Positions 1 through 10,598 of a DNA stretch of 64,000 nucleotides are shown piece after piece. The stretch comes from an uncultured Dictyoglomota bacterium (lineage in GTDB: Bacteria > Dictyoglomota > Dictyoglomia > Dictyoglomales > Dictyoglomaceae), in assembly GCA_964654465.1 (NCBI GenBank), contig CAZZIO010000029.1, positions 1 through 64,000 of the forward strand, given 5' to 3'. A program made the translations under genes and the position numbers. Numbering within the stretch: the first letter of the stretch is position 1; each line of letters begins with the position of its first letter. A model generated the notes under the pieces. It was not told the DNA's origin, ran no database searches, and saw nothing but the letters and a program-made list of their open reading frames with translations.

Positions 1-17
1 TCTCGGGGGCTTTTTTA
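1..17. terminator. Half of a probable intrinsic terminator downstream of dnaJ, cut by the window edge
   Basis: TCTCGGGGGC followed by TTTTTT, next to the dnaJ stop; the other arm would lie outside the window. Confidence 0.5.
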
Positions 18-18
18 T

Positions 19-1182
19 TTACTTCTTAAATGCATCCCTAATTTGTTCAAAGATGTTTTTATTTTCTTCTATCTTTATTCCTCTTATTTTTGCAAGCTCA
101 AGAAGGAGTTCTTTTTCTTCCTGGGATAGATTGGTAGGTACTGTGATATAAACTCTTATTTTTTGATCTCCTCTTTTTCCAGGGTTATTTAAATTGGGTA
201 TTCCTTTGCCTTTTAAAGTTATTATCTCATTACTTTGAGTTCCTGGTTTTATTTTTATCTTTTCCTTTCCTTCTAAGGTAGGAATCTCTATTTCTCCTCC
301 TAAAATGGCTGTAATAAAATCTACGGGAAGATCCATCCATATGTCTTCTCCATCTCTCTTGAATATTTTATGAGGTTCTATATGTATATAGATATAAAGA
401 TCTCCATTTGGCCCACCGTTATCTCCTGGTTCACCTTCTCCTGCTAATCTTATTACGTAGCCTTCATCTACACCTGCTGGTATTTTAAATTCAATCTTTC
501 TCTTTTTTCTTACTTTTCCTGTACCGTGGCATTCATGACATGGATTTGTGATTATTTTTCCTTCCCCATGGCATTTTGGGCATGTGGTTATTTGAACAAA
601 TTGTCCAAAAGGTGTTCGTCTTGTAGTTCTTACCTGCCCTGTACCATTACACATATCACAGGTTATAGGTTGTGAGCCTGGTTCTGCTCTTGACCCTTTA
701 CATGTAGGGCAAGTTTCCAATCTTGTTACAAAAAATTCCTTTTTTCCTCCAAATGCTGCCTCTTCTAATGTAATGTTAATATCATATCTTAAATCTGCTC
801 CTTTTCTTGAAGTTCTTTGTCTTTCTCTTCTTCCAAAGAGATCCCCAAATATACTGTCTCCAAAGAAGTTTTCGAATATGTCTTCAAAAGTTCTACCAAA
901 GTTTCCAAAATCAAAATCACCTGGGTTCCACCCTTGTTGGAAATCTCCATATCCTGCAAAATCTCCTACACTTCCAAATTGATCATACTGGGCCCTTTTT
1001 TGTGGATCAGAGAGCACCTGATATGCTTCATTTATTTCTTTAAATTTTTCTTGAGCTGAAGGATCCTTATTTAGATCAGGATGGTATTGTCTAACAAGCC
1101 TTCTGTAAGCTTGTTTTATTTCATCCTGGGTGGCATTTCGTGGCACACCCAGGATTTCATAATAATCTTTTTTGGTGGGCAT
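19..1182 (-). CDS. dnaJ: Chaperone DnaJ
   Basis: J domain with HPD, G/F-rich linker, four CxxCxGxG-type repeats ([32 protein letters not shown]). Confidence 0.98.
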   Translation of the reverse strand: MPTKKDYYEILGVPRNATQDEIKQAYRRLVRQYHPDLNKDPSAQEKFKEINEAYQVLSDPQKRAQYDQFGSVGDFAGYGDFQQGWNPGDFDFGNFGRTFEDIFENFFGDSIFGDLFGRRERQRTSRKGADLRYDINITLEEAAFGGKKEFFVTRLETCPTCKGSRAEPGSQPITCDMCNGTGQVRTTRRTPFGQFVQITTCPKCHGEGKIITNPCHECHGTGKVRKKRKIEFKIPAGVDEGYVIRLAGEGEPGDNGGPNGDLYIYIHIEPHKIFKRDGEDIWMDLPVDFITAILGGEIEIPTLEGKEKIKIKPGTQSNEIITLKGKGIPNLNNPGKRGDQKIRVYITVPTNLSQEEKELLLELAKIRGIKIEENKNIFEQIRDAFKK

Positions 1183-1183
1183 A

Positions 1184-3004
1184 TTAGTTCACCTGGTAAT
1201 CTCCATCTATAGTTTTTCCTCCTGGATTATCATTGGGATTTTGACCTTGAAAATTTCCAGTTGCTCCTGTAGACTGATACATGAATTGACCTATTTCACC
1301 AAGAGCTTGAGTTAATTCTTCTATTCCTTTTCTTACTTGTTCCACATTTATTCTGTCTGGTTTTATTAATTCTTCTAGATTTCTAATTCTATCTTCTACT
1401 TTTTGGACCAAGTCTTTACTTACTTTATCTCCATAATCTTTTATAGTCTTTCTTGCAGTATAAATAAGGTGTTCTGCTTGGTTTTTGGTTTCAATTTCTT
1501 CTCTTCTTTTTCTATCTTCTTCTTCAAATTTCTTTGCCTCTTCGGTCATTCTTTTAATTTCTGCTTCTGAGAGTCTAATAGCATTTGATATGGTTATTCT
1601 TTGTTCTTTTCCTGTAGCCTTGTCCCTTGCAGATACATGGACAATTCCATTTACATCAATATCAAAGGTTACCTCTATTTGAGGTACACCACGAGGGGCA
1701 GGTGGAATTCCATCCAATATAAATCTTCCAAGGGAGATATTATCCTTAGCAAGGGCTCTTTCTCCTTGTAGAACATGAATCTCTACACTTGTCTGATAAT
1801 CAGCAGCTGTTGTAAAGATTTGACTTTTTGATACAGGAATAGGAGTGTTTCTCTCAATAATTTTTGTAAATACTCCACCAAGAGTCTCAATCCCAAGGGA
1901 AAGAGGAGTTACATCTACAAGAACTATGTCTCTTATCTCTCCTCCTATTACACCAGCTTGTATAGCTGCACCAAGCGCAACAGCCTCGTCTGGGTTTACA
2001 TTTCTTTGAGGTTCCTTACCAAAATGTTTCTTAATCCATTCTTGGATACTTGGCATTCTTGTAGAACCACCTACAAGGATTATTTTATCAATCTGGGATG
2101 GTGAGAGTCCTGCGTCTTTTAATGCCCTTTCTGTAGGTTCTTGGGTTTTTTCTACTAAATCATATGTCAATTCTTCAAATTTTGCCCTTGTAAGGGTATA
2201 GGAAAGATGAAGTGGAGTATTTCCTTTCATGGCTATGAATGGAAGGTTGATCTCTGTAGATAATTTTGAAGAAAGTTCTATTTTTGCTTTTTCTGCAGCT
2301 TCGTATAATCTTTGAAGGGCGGTTCTATCTTCTCTTAAATTAATTCCATGTTCTTCCATGAAGTTATCTATAAGCCAATTTACAATTCTTTCGTCAAAAT
2401 CGTCTCCTCCTAATCTATTGTTCCCAGCTGTTGCGATTACTTCAAATACTCCATCACCAATCTCTAAAATGGATACATCAAAAGTACCACCGCCAAGATC
2501 GAAAACAAGAATCTTTTGGTGTCCTTCTTTGTCAAGTCCATAGGCAAGAGCTGCTGCTGTAGGTTCATTTATAATTCTTACTACTTCTAATCCTGCAATG
2601 GCACCTGCATCTTTTGTGGCTTGTCTTTGGGCGTCAGAGAAATAAGCGGGACATGTTATTACTGCCTTTTCTATAGGCTCACCTAAGTAGGCTTCTGCGT
2701 CTTTTTTGAGTTTTCTTAATATCATGGCAGAAATTTCTTGAGGAGTATATTCTTTGTCATCTATCTTTACTTTATAATTGGTTCCCATGTGTCTCTTGAT
2801 TGATTTTATAGTTCTTTCTGCATTTACTATGGCCTGTCTCTTTGCAGGTTCTCCTACTAAAAGTTGTCCATCTTTGGTAAAAGCAACAACAGATGGGGTA
2901 AGTCTGCTCCCTTCTGCGTTTGGAATAATAACTGGTCTACCACCTTCTAAATAGGCGATAAGAGAGTTTGTAGTTCCTAAATCAATTCCTACAATTTTAG
3001 CCAT
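1184..3004 (-). CDS. dnaK: Chaperone DnaK (Hsp70)
   Basis: [27 protein letters not shown] motifs; lacks the proteobacterial-type N-terminal insert ([15 protein letters not shown]). Confidence 0.99.
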   Translation of the reverse strand: MAKIVGIDLGTTNSLIAYLEGGRPVIIPNAEGSRLTPSVVAFTKDGQLLVGEPAKRQAIVNAERTIKSIKRHMGTNYKVKIDDKEYTPQEISAMILRKLKKDAEAYLGEPIEKAVITCPAYFSDAQRQATKDAGAIAGLEVVRIINEPTAAALAYGLDKEGHQKILVFDLGGGTFDVSILEIGDGVFEVIATAGNNRLGGDDFDERIVNWLIDNFMEEHGINLREDRTALQRLYEAAEKAKIELSSKLSTEINLPFIAMKGNTPLHLSYTLTRAKFEELTYDLVEKTQEPTERALKDAGLSPSQIDKIILVGGSTRMPSIQEWIKKHFGKEPQRNVNPDEAVALGAAIQAGVIGGEIRDIVLVDVTPLSLGIETLGGVFTKIIERNTPIPVSKSQIFTTAADYQTSVEIHVLQGERALAKDNISLGRFILDGIPPAPRGVPQIEVTFDIDVNGIVHVSARDKATGKEQRITISNAIRLSEAEIKRMTEEAKKFEEEDRKRREEIETKNQAEHLIYTARKTIKDYGDKVSKDLVQKVEDRIRNLEELIKPDRINVEQVRKGIEELTQALGEIGQFMYQSTGATGNFQGQNPNDNPGGKTIDGDYQVN

Positions 3005-3504
3005 TATTCTCTACCTCCTTTTTCTATTTTTTTTGATACTATAACTTTTGCAGGTCTCAGTAATTTATTTTTAAATAAATATCCAGGTGCTATCTCTTTA
3101 ACTATTAAATTATCCTCTCCATCCTCAATCTCTTCTATACCAACTGCTTCATGAAGAGATGGGTCAAAAGGTTTTCCTAAAGTATCAATCCTTGTAACTC
3201 CTTCTTTTTGAAGGAGATTTTCAAATTGTTTATATATCATTTGAACTCCCTCTATAATAGCATCTTTTTTTCTTGTATGCTTCATACTTTCTAAAGCCAA
3301 ATGAAAATTATCCATTATATCTACGATTTCTTTTAAAAGTCTTGCATTGGCAATTTCTTGCCATTCTTCCTTTTCTCTCCTAAGTCTTTGACGGAAATTT
3401 TCAAATTCTGCTTGAAGTCTTACATATTTAATTTCCCAATCTACCTCTTGGGGGGCCTCTGAGACTACCTCATCTTTTTTAACTTCTATTTCTTTTTCCT
3501 CCAT
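3004..3504 (-). CDS. grpE: Nucleotide exchange factor GrpE
   Basis: [20 protein letters not shown]...LLRPAKVIV; start moved to ATG 3504 behind the RBS GAGGTG (3511-3516) because the track start lies inside the CIRCE. Confidence 0.97.
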   Translation of the reverse strand: MEEKEIEVKKDEVVSEAPQEVDWEIKYVRLQAEFENFRQRLRREKEEWQEIANARLLKEIVDIMDNFHLALESMKHTRKKDAIIEGVQMIYKQFENLLQKEGVTRIDTLGKPFDPSLHEAVGIEEIEDGEDNLIVKEIAPGYLFKNKLLRPAKVIVSKKIEKGGRE

Positions 3505-3527
3505 GTCTTTCACCTCTATTTTAAATT

Positions 3528-3554
3528 TTAGCACTCTTTAACGGTGACTGCTAA
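3528..3554 (-). promoter_or_regulatory. CIRCE element (HrcA operator)
   Basis: TTAGCACTC-N9-GACTGCTAA, one mismatch from TTAGCACTC-N9-GAGTGCTAA, between the promoter and the grpE RBS. Confidence 0.95.
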
Positions 3555-3564
3555 ACCATATATA

Positions 3565-3592
3565 AGTTTATAATTTATATTAATAATGTCAA
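3565..3592 (-). promoter_or_regulatory. Sigma70-type promoter of grpE-dnaK-dnaJ
   Basis: TTGACA-N16-TAAACT just upstream of the CIRCE. Confidence 0.65.
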
Positions 3593-3608
3593 GAGAATAT
3601 AAAGCCTA

Positions 3609-3637
3609 TTGATTTCAATTATATAAATAGCTAAAAT
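3609..3637 (+). promoter_or_regulatory. Sigma70-type promoter of the recF-rgy operon
   Basis: TTGATT-N17-TAAAAT. Confidence 0.6.
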
Positions 3638-3676
3638 ATATATAGTAAAAATTAATATATATGAAGGGGGGATATT

Positions 3677-4702
3677 ATGGAGAAGAAGAGAATGGTTATT
3701 GAAGAATTAAAATTAAAAAATTTTAGAAATTTTTCTGATTTTTCTGTAAATTTTAAAGATGGAGTAAACGTAATTTATGGTCCAAACGGTTCTGGAAAAA
3801 CCTCCATATTGGAGGCTATTTCCTATCTTTCGAATCCCAGATCTTTTAGAGGAGCGAGAGATTTTCAAATTTTAAAAATTGGAGAGAATTATTTTGAGGT
3901 AGAAGGTAAAGTATTAAGTGGAGATGAGAGACATGTAATAAAGATAACCTACTGGCAAGATGAAAGTAAAAAAGAAAAGATAGCTTATCTTGATGGATTT
4001 AAAGTTAAAAGGTTCAGAGATATTCAAGAGATTTTTATCGCCATACCTTTTAGCTTCAGAAACTATTCTATGATTGATGGATATGCAACTCAAAGGAGAG
4101 ATTTCTTTGATGATATATTCTCTCTGATTGATTTAGATTATTATGAGACACTAAGAAATTATGAAAAACTTTTAGAAGAGAGAAATGAAAATCTTAAAAT
4201 GGATGAAATAGATAGAAATTATGTGTTATACTTAGCAAAAGAGATGCAACCATTGGCAGAAAAGATTGTGGAGAAGAGGGAAAAGATGATAGAGGAATTA
4301 TCTCAATATCTTGATCCTATATTTAGGATAGAATATAAGAGTGAGTTCAAAGGTAAAAATATAGCAGATTATATTGAGGAAGATATAGCAAGAGGTGTTA
4401 CTACTGTGGGTCCTCACACTCAGGATGATTATATTCTGTATTACAAAGGAAACCAAGCTAAACATTATGCTTCAGAAGGGCAAAAAAGATTATTCTATCT
4501 ATCTATTGTCCTTGCTTTTAAGAGTTTAATAGAAAAGACAAAGCATTACGAGCCAGTATTCCTTTTTGATGAGCCTGTAAATGTTTTAGATGCACATTTA
4601 TTGGAAAGATTTATTTCTAATCTTTCAGGACAAGTTATTATTGCTACTTTATCACCACTTCTTGGAGCTCATAATATAGGCCTAACCTTAGAGGAGGAAT
4701 GA
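3677..4702 (+). CDS. recF: DNA replication/repair protein RecF
   Basis: LKNFRN, Walker A GPNGSGKT, ILEAI..SFR, TTVGPH, signature SEGQKR, Walker B LFDE. Confidence 0.88.
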   Translation: MEKKRMVIEELKLKNFRNFSDFSVNFKDGVNVIYGPNGSGKTSILEAISYLSNPRSFRGARDFQILKIGENYFEVEGKVLSGDERHVIKITYWQDESKKEKIAYLDGFKVKRFRDIQEIFIAIPFSFRNYSMIDGYATQRRDFFDDIFSLIDLDYYETLRNYEKLLEERNENLKMDEIDRNYVLYLAKEMQPLAEKIVEKREKMIEELSQYLDPIFRIEYKSEFKGKNIADYIEEDIARGVTTVGPHTQDDYILYYKGNQAKHYASEGQKRLFYLSIVLAFKSLIEKTKHYEPVFLFDEPVNVLDAHLLERFISNLSGQVIIATLSPLLGAHNIGLTLEEE

Positions 4703-7700
4703 TGGAAGCGATATTTAGAAATCTTTGCCCGAACTGTGGGGGAGATATATCTTCAGAAAGGCTTCTTGAAGGGCTTCCCTGTGAAAACTGTATGCCTGAT
4801 AAAAAGGTCGGGGAAGCCCTTTGTAGTTTGATATCTCTTAAAGGTCTTAGGGATTATTGTAAGCTAAAGGATGAGTATGAAAAGTGGGAAGAAATATTTA
4901 GAAATTTTGTCGGTTTTTATCCATGGGAATTACAGAAATTCTGGGCAAGAAAACTCCTTCTTGGTAGGTCTTTTGCTCTTCTTGCTCCAACAGGTATAGG
5001 TAAAACATCCTTAGGGCTTGCATCTTCTATATACTTTGCTAAGAAGAACAAAAAGTCTTATATTATTCTTCCTACAAGACTTTTAATACTTCAAAGTTAT
5101 GAAAAATTGAAGGATAAAGTGAGAGAAAAGGACCTTTTGGTTTTTGGTCTTGATGAAACTAAGAAGGAAAAGGAAGAAAAAAGGGAAAGGCTTATCAATG
5201 GGGATTTTAAAATTCTTATTACAACCTCCATGTTTCTTTATAAAAATGTGGATATAATTCCTCGAGATTTTTCTTTTATATTCGTAGATGATGTGGACTC
5301 TTTTCTAAAAACTGCAAAAAATATTGATAAGGCTTTATATCTTTTAGGTTTTACCGAGGAGGATATAGAGAAAACTTTAAAGTATATTAAACTAAGAAGA
5401 AATTATAGTGAAGAAAATCAAGAAGATATAAAAACTCTTCAAGAAGAGATACTAAAGATAAGCAAAAAAGCAAAAGGTGTAATGGTAGTATCTTCTGCTA
5501 CTAGTAATCCAAGATCTGAAAGAATTAGATTATTTAAAGAGCTTTTATCTTTTGATGTGGGTAGGCCTGTATTTTACTTGAGAAATGTGGAAGATGTTTA
5601 TGAAGAGGTGGAGGATTTAGATAAAATTCTTATTGAGAGAGTAAAGAGATTTGGAAAGGGTGGATTAGTATTCTTATCATCGGATTATGGAAGGGAGCAT
5701 ATTGATAGAATAAAGAATCTTTTAAATCAAAATAGTATTTCTTGTGAATCTTATGATAATCTTACGGAAGAGGTCTTAGAGGATTACAGACAAGGGAAGA
5801 TACAAGTTCTTATTGGTATATCCTCTTATAGAAATCCTTTAGCAAGAGGACTTGATCTTCCTGAAGTTATTAGATATGCGATTTTTTATGGTGTACCTAA
5901 AATTTCAGTAAATCTTGATCTGGAAGGCAATGTAAGGCATTTACTTTTAGCTTTATCCTCTTTAAGACCACTTATAGCAAGAGACAAAAACCTTGAAAAA
6001 TACATAGCTACAGTTGATAGGTGGTTAAAAACTTTAAATAGGTTCTCCAATGTGATAAATCCGCCAAAGGATAAAGTTGATGAATTAAGAGACAATATAA
6101 AAAGATTTATTCTATCGAGAGAGATATATCATAAGATAAATACATCTGATGATATATCAATTAGAGAAGAAAATGGAAAGTGGTCTCTTGTGGTAGCTGA
6201 TATTACGGGATATTTGCAGGCATCAGGTAGAACTTCAAGATTATATGTGGGGGGAATATCTAAAGGTTTGAGTTATATACTCGTGGACGATAGAAAGGTA
6301 TTTAATAACCTGATAAGAAAAGCACGCTGGTGGTTTAGTTCAGATATAGTTTTTAAGAATGCAAATACAGTAGACATAGATAAGATACTACAAGAGATAG
6401 ATGAGGATAGAGTAAGAGTTAGAAGAAGAGAGGGAAGAAGAGACGACTTCCTAAAACCTGTAATGGTAATTGTGGAATCTCCTCATAAAGCAAGGACTAT
6501 AGCAAATTTTTTTGGGAAACCTATTTCTAGAAATATAGATGGTCAGGAGCTCTATGAGGTTATTACGGAAGATAAATACTTGGTTATTACATCATCCTTT
6601 GGGCATATTTTCGATTTAAATAAGGAAGTGGGATATTTTGGGGTGTTAGAAAATGGAAAATTTATTCCAGTCTATGAAACAATAGAGGGAAAGGAAAATA
6701 TTGTAAATGCCTTAAGGGAAGCCAGTAAGGAATTTGATCAGATTCTTGTAGCTACCGATCCTGATACCGAAGGAGAAAAAATATCGTGGGATCTTAAAAA
6801 TCTTTGTGCTATTTTTGCTAAGGATATTAAGAGAATGGAATTTCATGAAGTTACAAAGAGAGCCATATTAAATTCTTTAAAAGAGTTTAGAGATGTAAAT
6901 GAAAATTTGGTTAAGGCTCAAGTAGTGAGGAGAATATCGGACAGATGGGTAGGATTTGAGCTTTCTCAGCTTATTCAAAAGGTATTTTCTCGAAATTATT
7001 TATCTGCTGGAAGAGTACAGACTCCAGTTCTTGGTTGGGTAATAGAAAGGGCTAAGGAACATAACAAAAAGATATATTTGGTAATTATTAGAAAAGAAGG
7101 GTTGGAATTGAGATTTGAATTTGAAAATAAGGAAGAAGCCCAAAAGTTCTTTAATTCTTTAACTAAGGTAGAGGTATTAAAGGAGAGAGAAAAGATTGAA
7201 GAAAAGGCCCCTTTACCTCCATATACAACGGATGTAATCTTGAAAGATGCTTCTGATAGATATAAATTATCAGTTTCTCGAACTATGGAAGTTTTACAGG
7301 ATCTTTTTGAAAGGGGATTTATCACCTATCATAGAACTGATTCTACCAGGGTATCCGATACAGGAATAAATATAGCTAAAGAATATATAATTGAACAATT
7401 TGGAGAAGAATATTTTAGAGGTAGAACATGGGGAGAGGGAGGAGCTCATGAATGTATAAGGCCTACAAGAGTCCTTGATGTGGAAGATATTAAATCTATG
7501 ATATATTCGGGAGAACTGGAAGGTTTTACTAAGGATCATTTAGCTATTTATGATCTTATCTTTAAGAGGTTTATTGCATCTCAGATGAGAAATATTGTAC
7601 TTAAAGGCTATGATATCACAATAAAGGTACTTGATAAGGTACAAAGTATGGAATTATTTGAAGAGATAATACAAGATGGTTTTAATAAGGTTGTTCCTAT

Positions 7701-8082
7701 AAAAGTTGTGAGAGTTCCAGAAGGTAAGGTAGACGTGATAAATAACAAATTCTTCTATACCATACCTAAGGTACCTCTTTTTACTCAAGGATCCTTAGTG
7801 GAAGAAATGAAAAAGAGAGGTCTTGGTAGACCATCTACTTATGCTACCATTGTAAGTAGGCTTCTTGAGAGAGGATATGTCATAGAGAAGAATGGATATT
7901 TGATCCCTACACCACTGGGTGAGAAGGTTTATAACTATCTTATTTCTAATGAAGATCGTTTTAGGTTTGTCAAGGAAGATTTTACACGTGAGTTAGAAGG
8001 TTTAATGGATAAAGTAGAAAATGGTGAGGTAGATTATCAGAAGATATTAGAAAGTTTAAGAAATGAACTTAGAAAAAATTAA
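4699..8082 (+). CDS. rgy: Reverse gyrase
   Basis: N-terminal Zn finger CPNCGG..CENC, helicase-like APTGIGKT/DDVD/QASGRTSR, topoisomerase IA ESPHKARTIA, DPDTEGE and catalytic ITYHRTDS. Confidence 0.98.
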   Translation: MMEAIFRNLCPNCGGDISSERLLEGLPCENCMPDKKVGEALCSLISLKGLRDYCKLKDEYEKWEEIFRNFVGFYPWELQKFWARKLLLGRSFALLAPTGIGKTSLGLASSIYFAKKNKKSYIILPTRLLILQSYEKLKDKVREKDLLVFGLDETKKEKEEKRERLINGDFKILITTSMFLYKNVDIIPRDFSFIFVDDVDSFLKTAKNIDKALYLLGFTEEDIEKTLKYIKLRRNYSEENQEDIKTLQEEILKISKKAKGVMVVSSATSNPRSERIRLFKELLSFDVGRPVFYLRNVEDVYEEVEDLDKILIERVKRFGKGGLVFLSSDYGREHIDRIKNLLNQNSISCESYDNLTEEVLEDYRQGKIQVLIGISSYRNPLARGLDLPEVIRYAIFYGVPKISVNLDLEGNVRHLLLALSSLRPLIARDKNLEKYIATVDRWLKTLNRFSNVINPPKDKVDELRDNIKRFILSREIYHKINTSDDISIREENGKWSLVVADITGYLQASGRTSRLYVGGISKGLSYILVDDRKVFNNLIRKARWWFSSDIVFKNANTVDIDKILQEIDEDRVRVRRREGRRDDFLKPVMVIVESPHKARTIANFFGKPISRNIDGQELYEVITEDKYLVITSSFGHIFDLNKEVGYFGVLENGKFIPVYETIEGKENIVNALREASKEFDQILVATDPDTEGEKISWDLKNLCAIFAKDIKRMEFHEVTKRAILNSLKEFRDVNENLVKAQVVRRISDRWVGFELSQLIQKVFSRNYLSAGRVQTPVLGWVIERAKEHNKKIYLVIIRKEGLELRFEFENKEEAQKFFNSLTKVEVLKEREKIEEKAPLPPYTTDVILKDASDRYKLSVSRTMEVLQDLFERGFITYHRTDSTRVSDTGINIAKEYIIEQFGEEYFRGRTWGEGGAHECIRPTRVLDVEDIKSMIYSGELEGFTKDHLAIYDLIFKRFIASQMRNIVLKGYDITIKVLDKVQSMELFEEIIQDGFNKVVPIKVVRVPEGKVDVINNKFFYTIPKVPLFTQGSLVEEMKKRGLGRPSTYATIVSRLLERGYVIEKNGYLIPTPLGEKVYNYLISNEDRFRFVKEDFTRELEGLMDKVENGEVDYQKILESLRNELRKN

Positions 8083-9406
8083 ATTTTCTTTAGCATTATT
8101 TGTAGGAAGACTTGTATATTTGTTTATGAAAATCTTAGGGTTGGATGCAACAACCTTTCCTGGTAAAGTAGTTTTGAAAATAGATCCCCAATTTTTAATA
8201 AAGATAAAAAATAGGTTTAAGAAGATTATTCTTGTTACAGGTACGAATGGTAAGACTACTACTAATAATCTTATTTTTCAGATAATTACAAAATCAGGTT
8301 ATAAGGCTTTAGGAAATCTGGAGGGTGCAAATTTAAGAACTGGTATTGCTACTGCTTTTATTAGAAATCCATCCTATTATGATTTTGGGGTTTTTGAAGT
8401 GGATGAAGGGATATTCCCTTTTGTTTATAAAGATCTTAAACCCCATTATGTTGTTATTACTAATTTTTTTAGAGATCAATTGGATAGATATGGGGAGATA
8501 GATACTACTGTTGAAAAAATTAAAGGGGCTATAAAAGATAGTAAGGAACATATATTAATACTTAATGCTGATGATCCTTTTGTTTCCAGGTTTTCTGACC
8601 TTCCTAATAGAAAAATTTATTATGGCATAGGAAATAAGGTAAGGAAGAAGGATACAGAAGAAATAAAAGAGAGTATATATTGTCCGAAGTGTGGAAAAAT
8701 ACTTAAGTATGAATTTTTTAATTATGCTCAACTTGGTAGATACTTTTGTGAATGTGGTTTTAAAAATCCCGATTATGATTACTATATATTATCAGCAGAA
8801 TATAAAGAAAATTATTGGCTTATTCATATAAAAGATGGGGATGAAGATGTTTTTTTAAACTTTAGATATCCTGGTGTCTATAATTTGTATAATGTAATCT
8901 CTGCTTACTCTGTTGGTAGGGTTTTAGGTATTGATAAAGAAATTTTAAAAAATATAATTTCTAACTTTTCTTTCAGATTAGGAAGATTGGAAAAATTTGA
9001 CTTAGAGGGATATGAGAGGATTCTTGTACTTGTAAAAAATCCTGCTGGTTATAATCAAGTATTAGATACTATTAAAGATGATCCTAATGAAAAAGTACTT
9101 CTTTTAATACTAAATGATAATGTGGCAGATGGTAGAGATGTATCCTGGATATGGGATGTAGATTTTGAGAAGATAAAAGATGATAACATTTCTACCGTAA
9201 TATGCTCGGGAACAAGGGCTGAAGATCTTTTGGTTAGATTAAAATATGCAGAAATACCCCTTAATAAGATTATTTTAGAGAATAATCTTAATACTGCTAT
9301 TCTTAAAATATTAACTTTTAAGGCTAAAACATATATTCTTCCTACCTATACTGCTCTCTTTAAAAGTAGAAAATTGATAATGAAGAGGTTGAGGAATGGA
9401 ACTTAA
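8063..9406 (+). CDS. murT: Lipid II isoglutaminyl synthase subunit MurT (Mur ligase + DUF1727)
   Basis: GTNGKTTT, RDQLDRYGE, CPKC..CEC Zn insert, LVKNPAG, ADGRDVSWIWD, PTYTAL. Confidence 0.92.
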   Translation: MNLEKIKFSLALFVGRLVYLFMKILGLDATTFPGKVVLKIDPQFLIKIKNRFKKIILVTGTNGKTTTNNLIFQIITKSGYKALGNLEGANLRTGIATAFIRNPSYYDFGVFEVDEGIFPFVYKDLKPHYVVITNFFRDQLDRYGEIDTTVEKIKGAIKDSKEHILILNADDPFVSRFSDLPNRKIYYGIGNKVRKKDTEEIKESIYCPKCGKILKYEFFNYAQLGRYFCECGFKNPDYDYYILSAEYKENYWLIHIKDGDEDVFLNFRYPGVYNLYNVISAYSVGRVLGIDKEILKNIISNFSFRLGRLEKFDLEGYERILVLVKNPAGYNQVLDTIKDDPNEKVLLLILNDNVADGRDVSWIWDVDFEKIKDDNISTVICSGTRAEDLLVRLKYAEIPLNKIILENNLNTAILKILTFKAKTYILPTYTALFKSRKLIMKRLRNGT

Positions 9407-10166
9407 GATTCTTCACATGTATCCTGATCTTTTAAATCTTTATGGGGATAGAGGAAATATTATAGTCCTTGAGAGAAGGGCAAGATGGAGAGGGATAAAA
9501 GTAGAGGTTTTAAATTTTACAAGAGATAGAGAAGAAGATATAGAGAAGGCAGATATTATTTTTTTAGGTGGAGGCTCTGATAGGGAACAAGAGCTTCTAT
9601 TTTCTCATATAATTAAGTTCAGGGATATACTAAAGGATTTGATTGAGGAGAACATAGTATTTCTTGCTATATGTGGAGGATATCAGCTTCTTGGCGAATA
9701 TTACTTGAATGCTTATGGGAATAAGATTGATGGATTGTCTATATTAAATTTTTATACAAAGGCTGAAAAAGGAAGACTTATAGGAAATATACTTATAGAA
9801 GTAGATCTTCCTATATATCCAAAGACTCTTGTTGGATTTGAAAACCATGGTGGAAGAACATATCACAATTATAAGTCCTTAGGTAAAGTTATTAAAGGAT
9901 ATGGGAATAATGGAAAGGATTTTACTGAAGGTATTATCTATAAAAATCTTATAGGTACTTATCTCCATGGACCTCTTCTTTCAAAAAATCCTCATCTTGC
10001 GGATTATATTATAAAAAGAGCATTAGAAAGAAAGTATAATATGGAAATTGATCTTCCTAAATTGAATGATAAAGAAGAGTTTTGGGCTCATTATAGGATT
10101 ATGGAAAGGATACTAAAGAAGGAGGGGGGATATAAAATCCCCCTCCCCAAGAGGCTATTTCTCTAA
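9396..10166 (+). CDS. gatD: Glutamine amidotransferase GatD (CobQ-like)
   Basis: NLYGDRGN, AICGGYQLLG, GFENHGGRT, TYLHGPLL; overlaps murT. Confidence 0.92.
   Translation: MELKILHMYPDLLNLYGDRGNIIVLERRARWRGIKVEVLNFTRDREEDIEKADIIFLGGGSDREQELLFSHIIKFRDILKDLIEENIVFLAICGGYQLLGEYYLNAYGNKIDGLSILNFYTKAEKGRLIGNILIEVDLPIYPKTLVGFENHGGRTYHNYKSLGKVIKGYGNNGKDFTEGIIYKNLIGTYLHGPLLSKNPHLADYIIKRALERKYNMEIDLPKLNDKEEFWAHYRIMERILKKEGGYKIPLPKRLFL
10115..10148 (-). terminator. Intrinsic terminator of the ferritin-like gene, lying inside the gatD 3' end
   Basis: Minus strand GGAGGGGGAT-TTTAT-ATCCCCCCTCC followed by TTCTTT. Confidence 0.7.
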
Positions 10167-10580
10167 TAAAGAACTAAAGGTATCGTGATGCTCTTCCTCA
10201 TCTTTTAATATTTCTTCAAAGATCTTTGCTGTAGTGATATCTCCTTCCGATCTTGCCTTCTCAATAATCTTTTTATAAAGATTTATAGCATTTTCTTCAT
10301 CTTTAACATCTTGTTCTAACATCTCTTTCAAATTTTCTCCTACGAAGATAGGAGATGGTTTAGTGGTAGGAATTCCTCCAAGATAAAATAATCTTTCTGC
10401 TATAATTTCTGCATGTTTCATTTCTTGAATTGCTATTTTTCTTAGTTCATCTTTTACAGCAAAATGTTCAGGACCTCTCCATTGTACATGCTGCCAAATA
10501 TATTGAATGGATACTTGAAGCTCTCTTGCTATAGCGTCATTTAAAAGATCTAACAGTTCTTTTGATGCCATGTTGTTCAC
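10155..10580 (-). CDS. Short bacterioferritin/ferritin-like protein
   Basis: Di-iron pattern ARE..QY, QEMKH, DEE..LY, EEEH; true start may be ATG 10571. Confidence 0.88.
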   Translation of the reverse strand: MNNMASKELLDLLNDAIARELQVSIQYIWQHVQWRGPEHFAVKDELRKIAIQEMKHAEIIAERLFYLGGIPTTKPSPIFVGENLKEMLEQDVKDEENAINLYKKIIEKARSEGDITTAKIFEEILKDEEEHHDTFSSLLEK

Positions 10581-10598
10581 TCCCCTCTTAAAATATTT

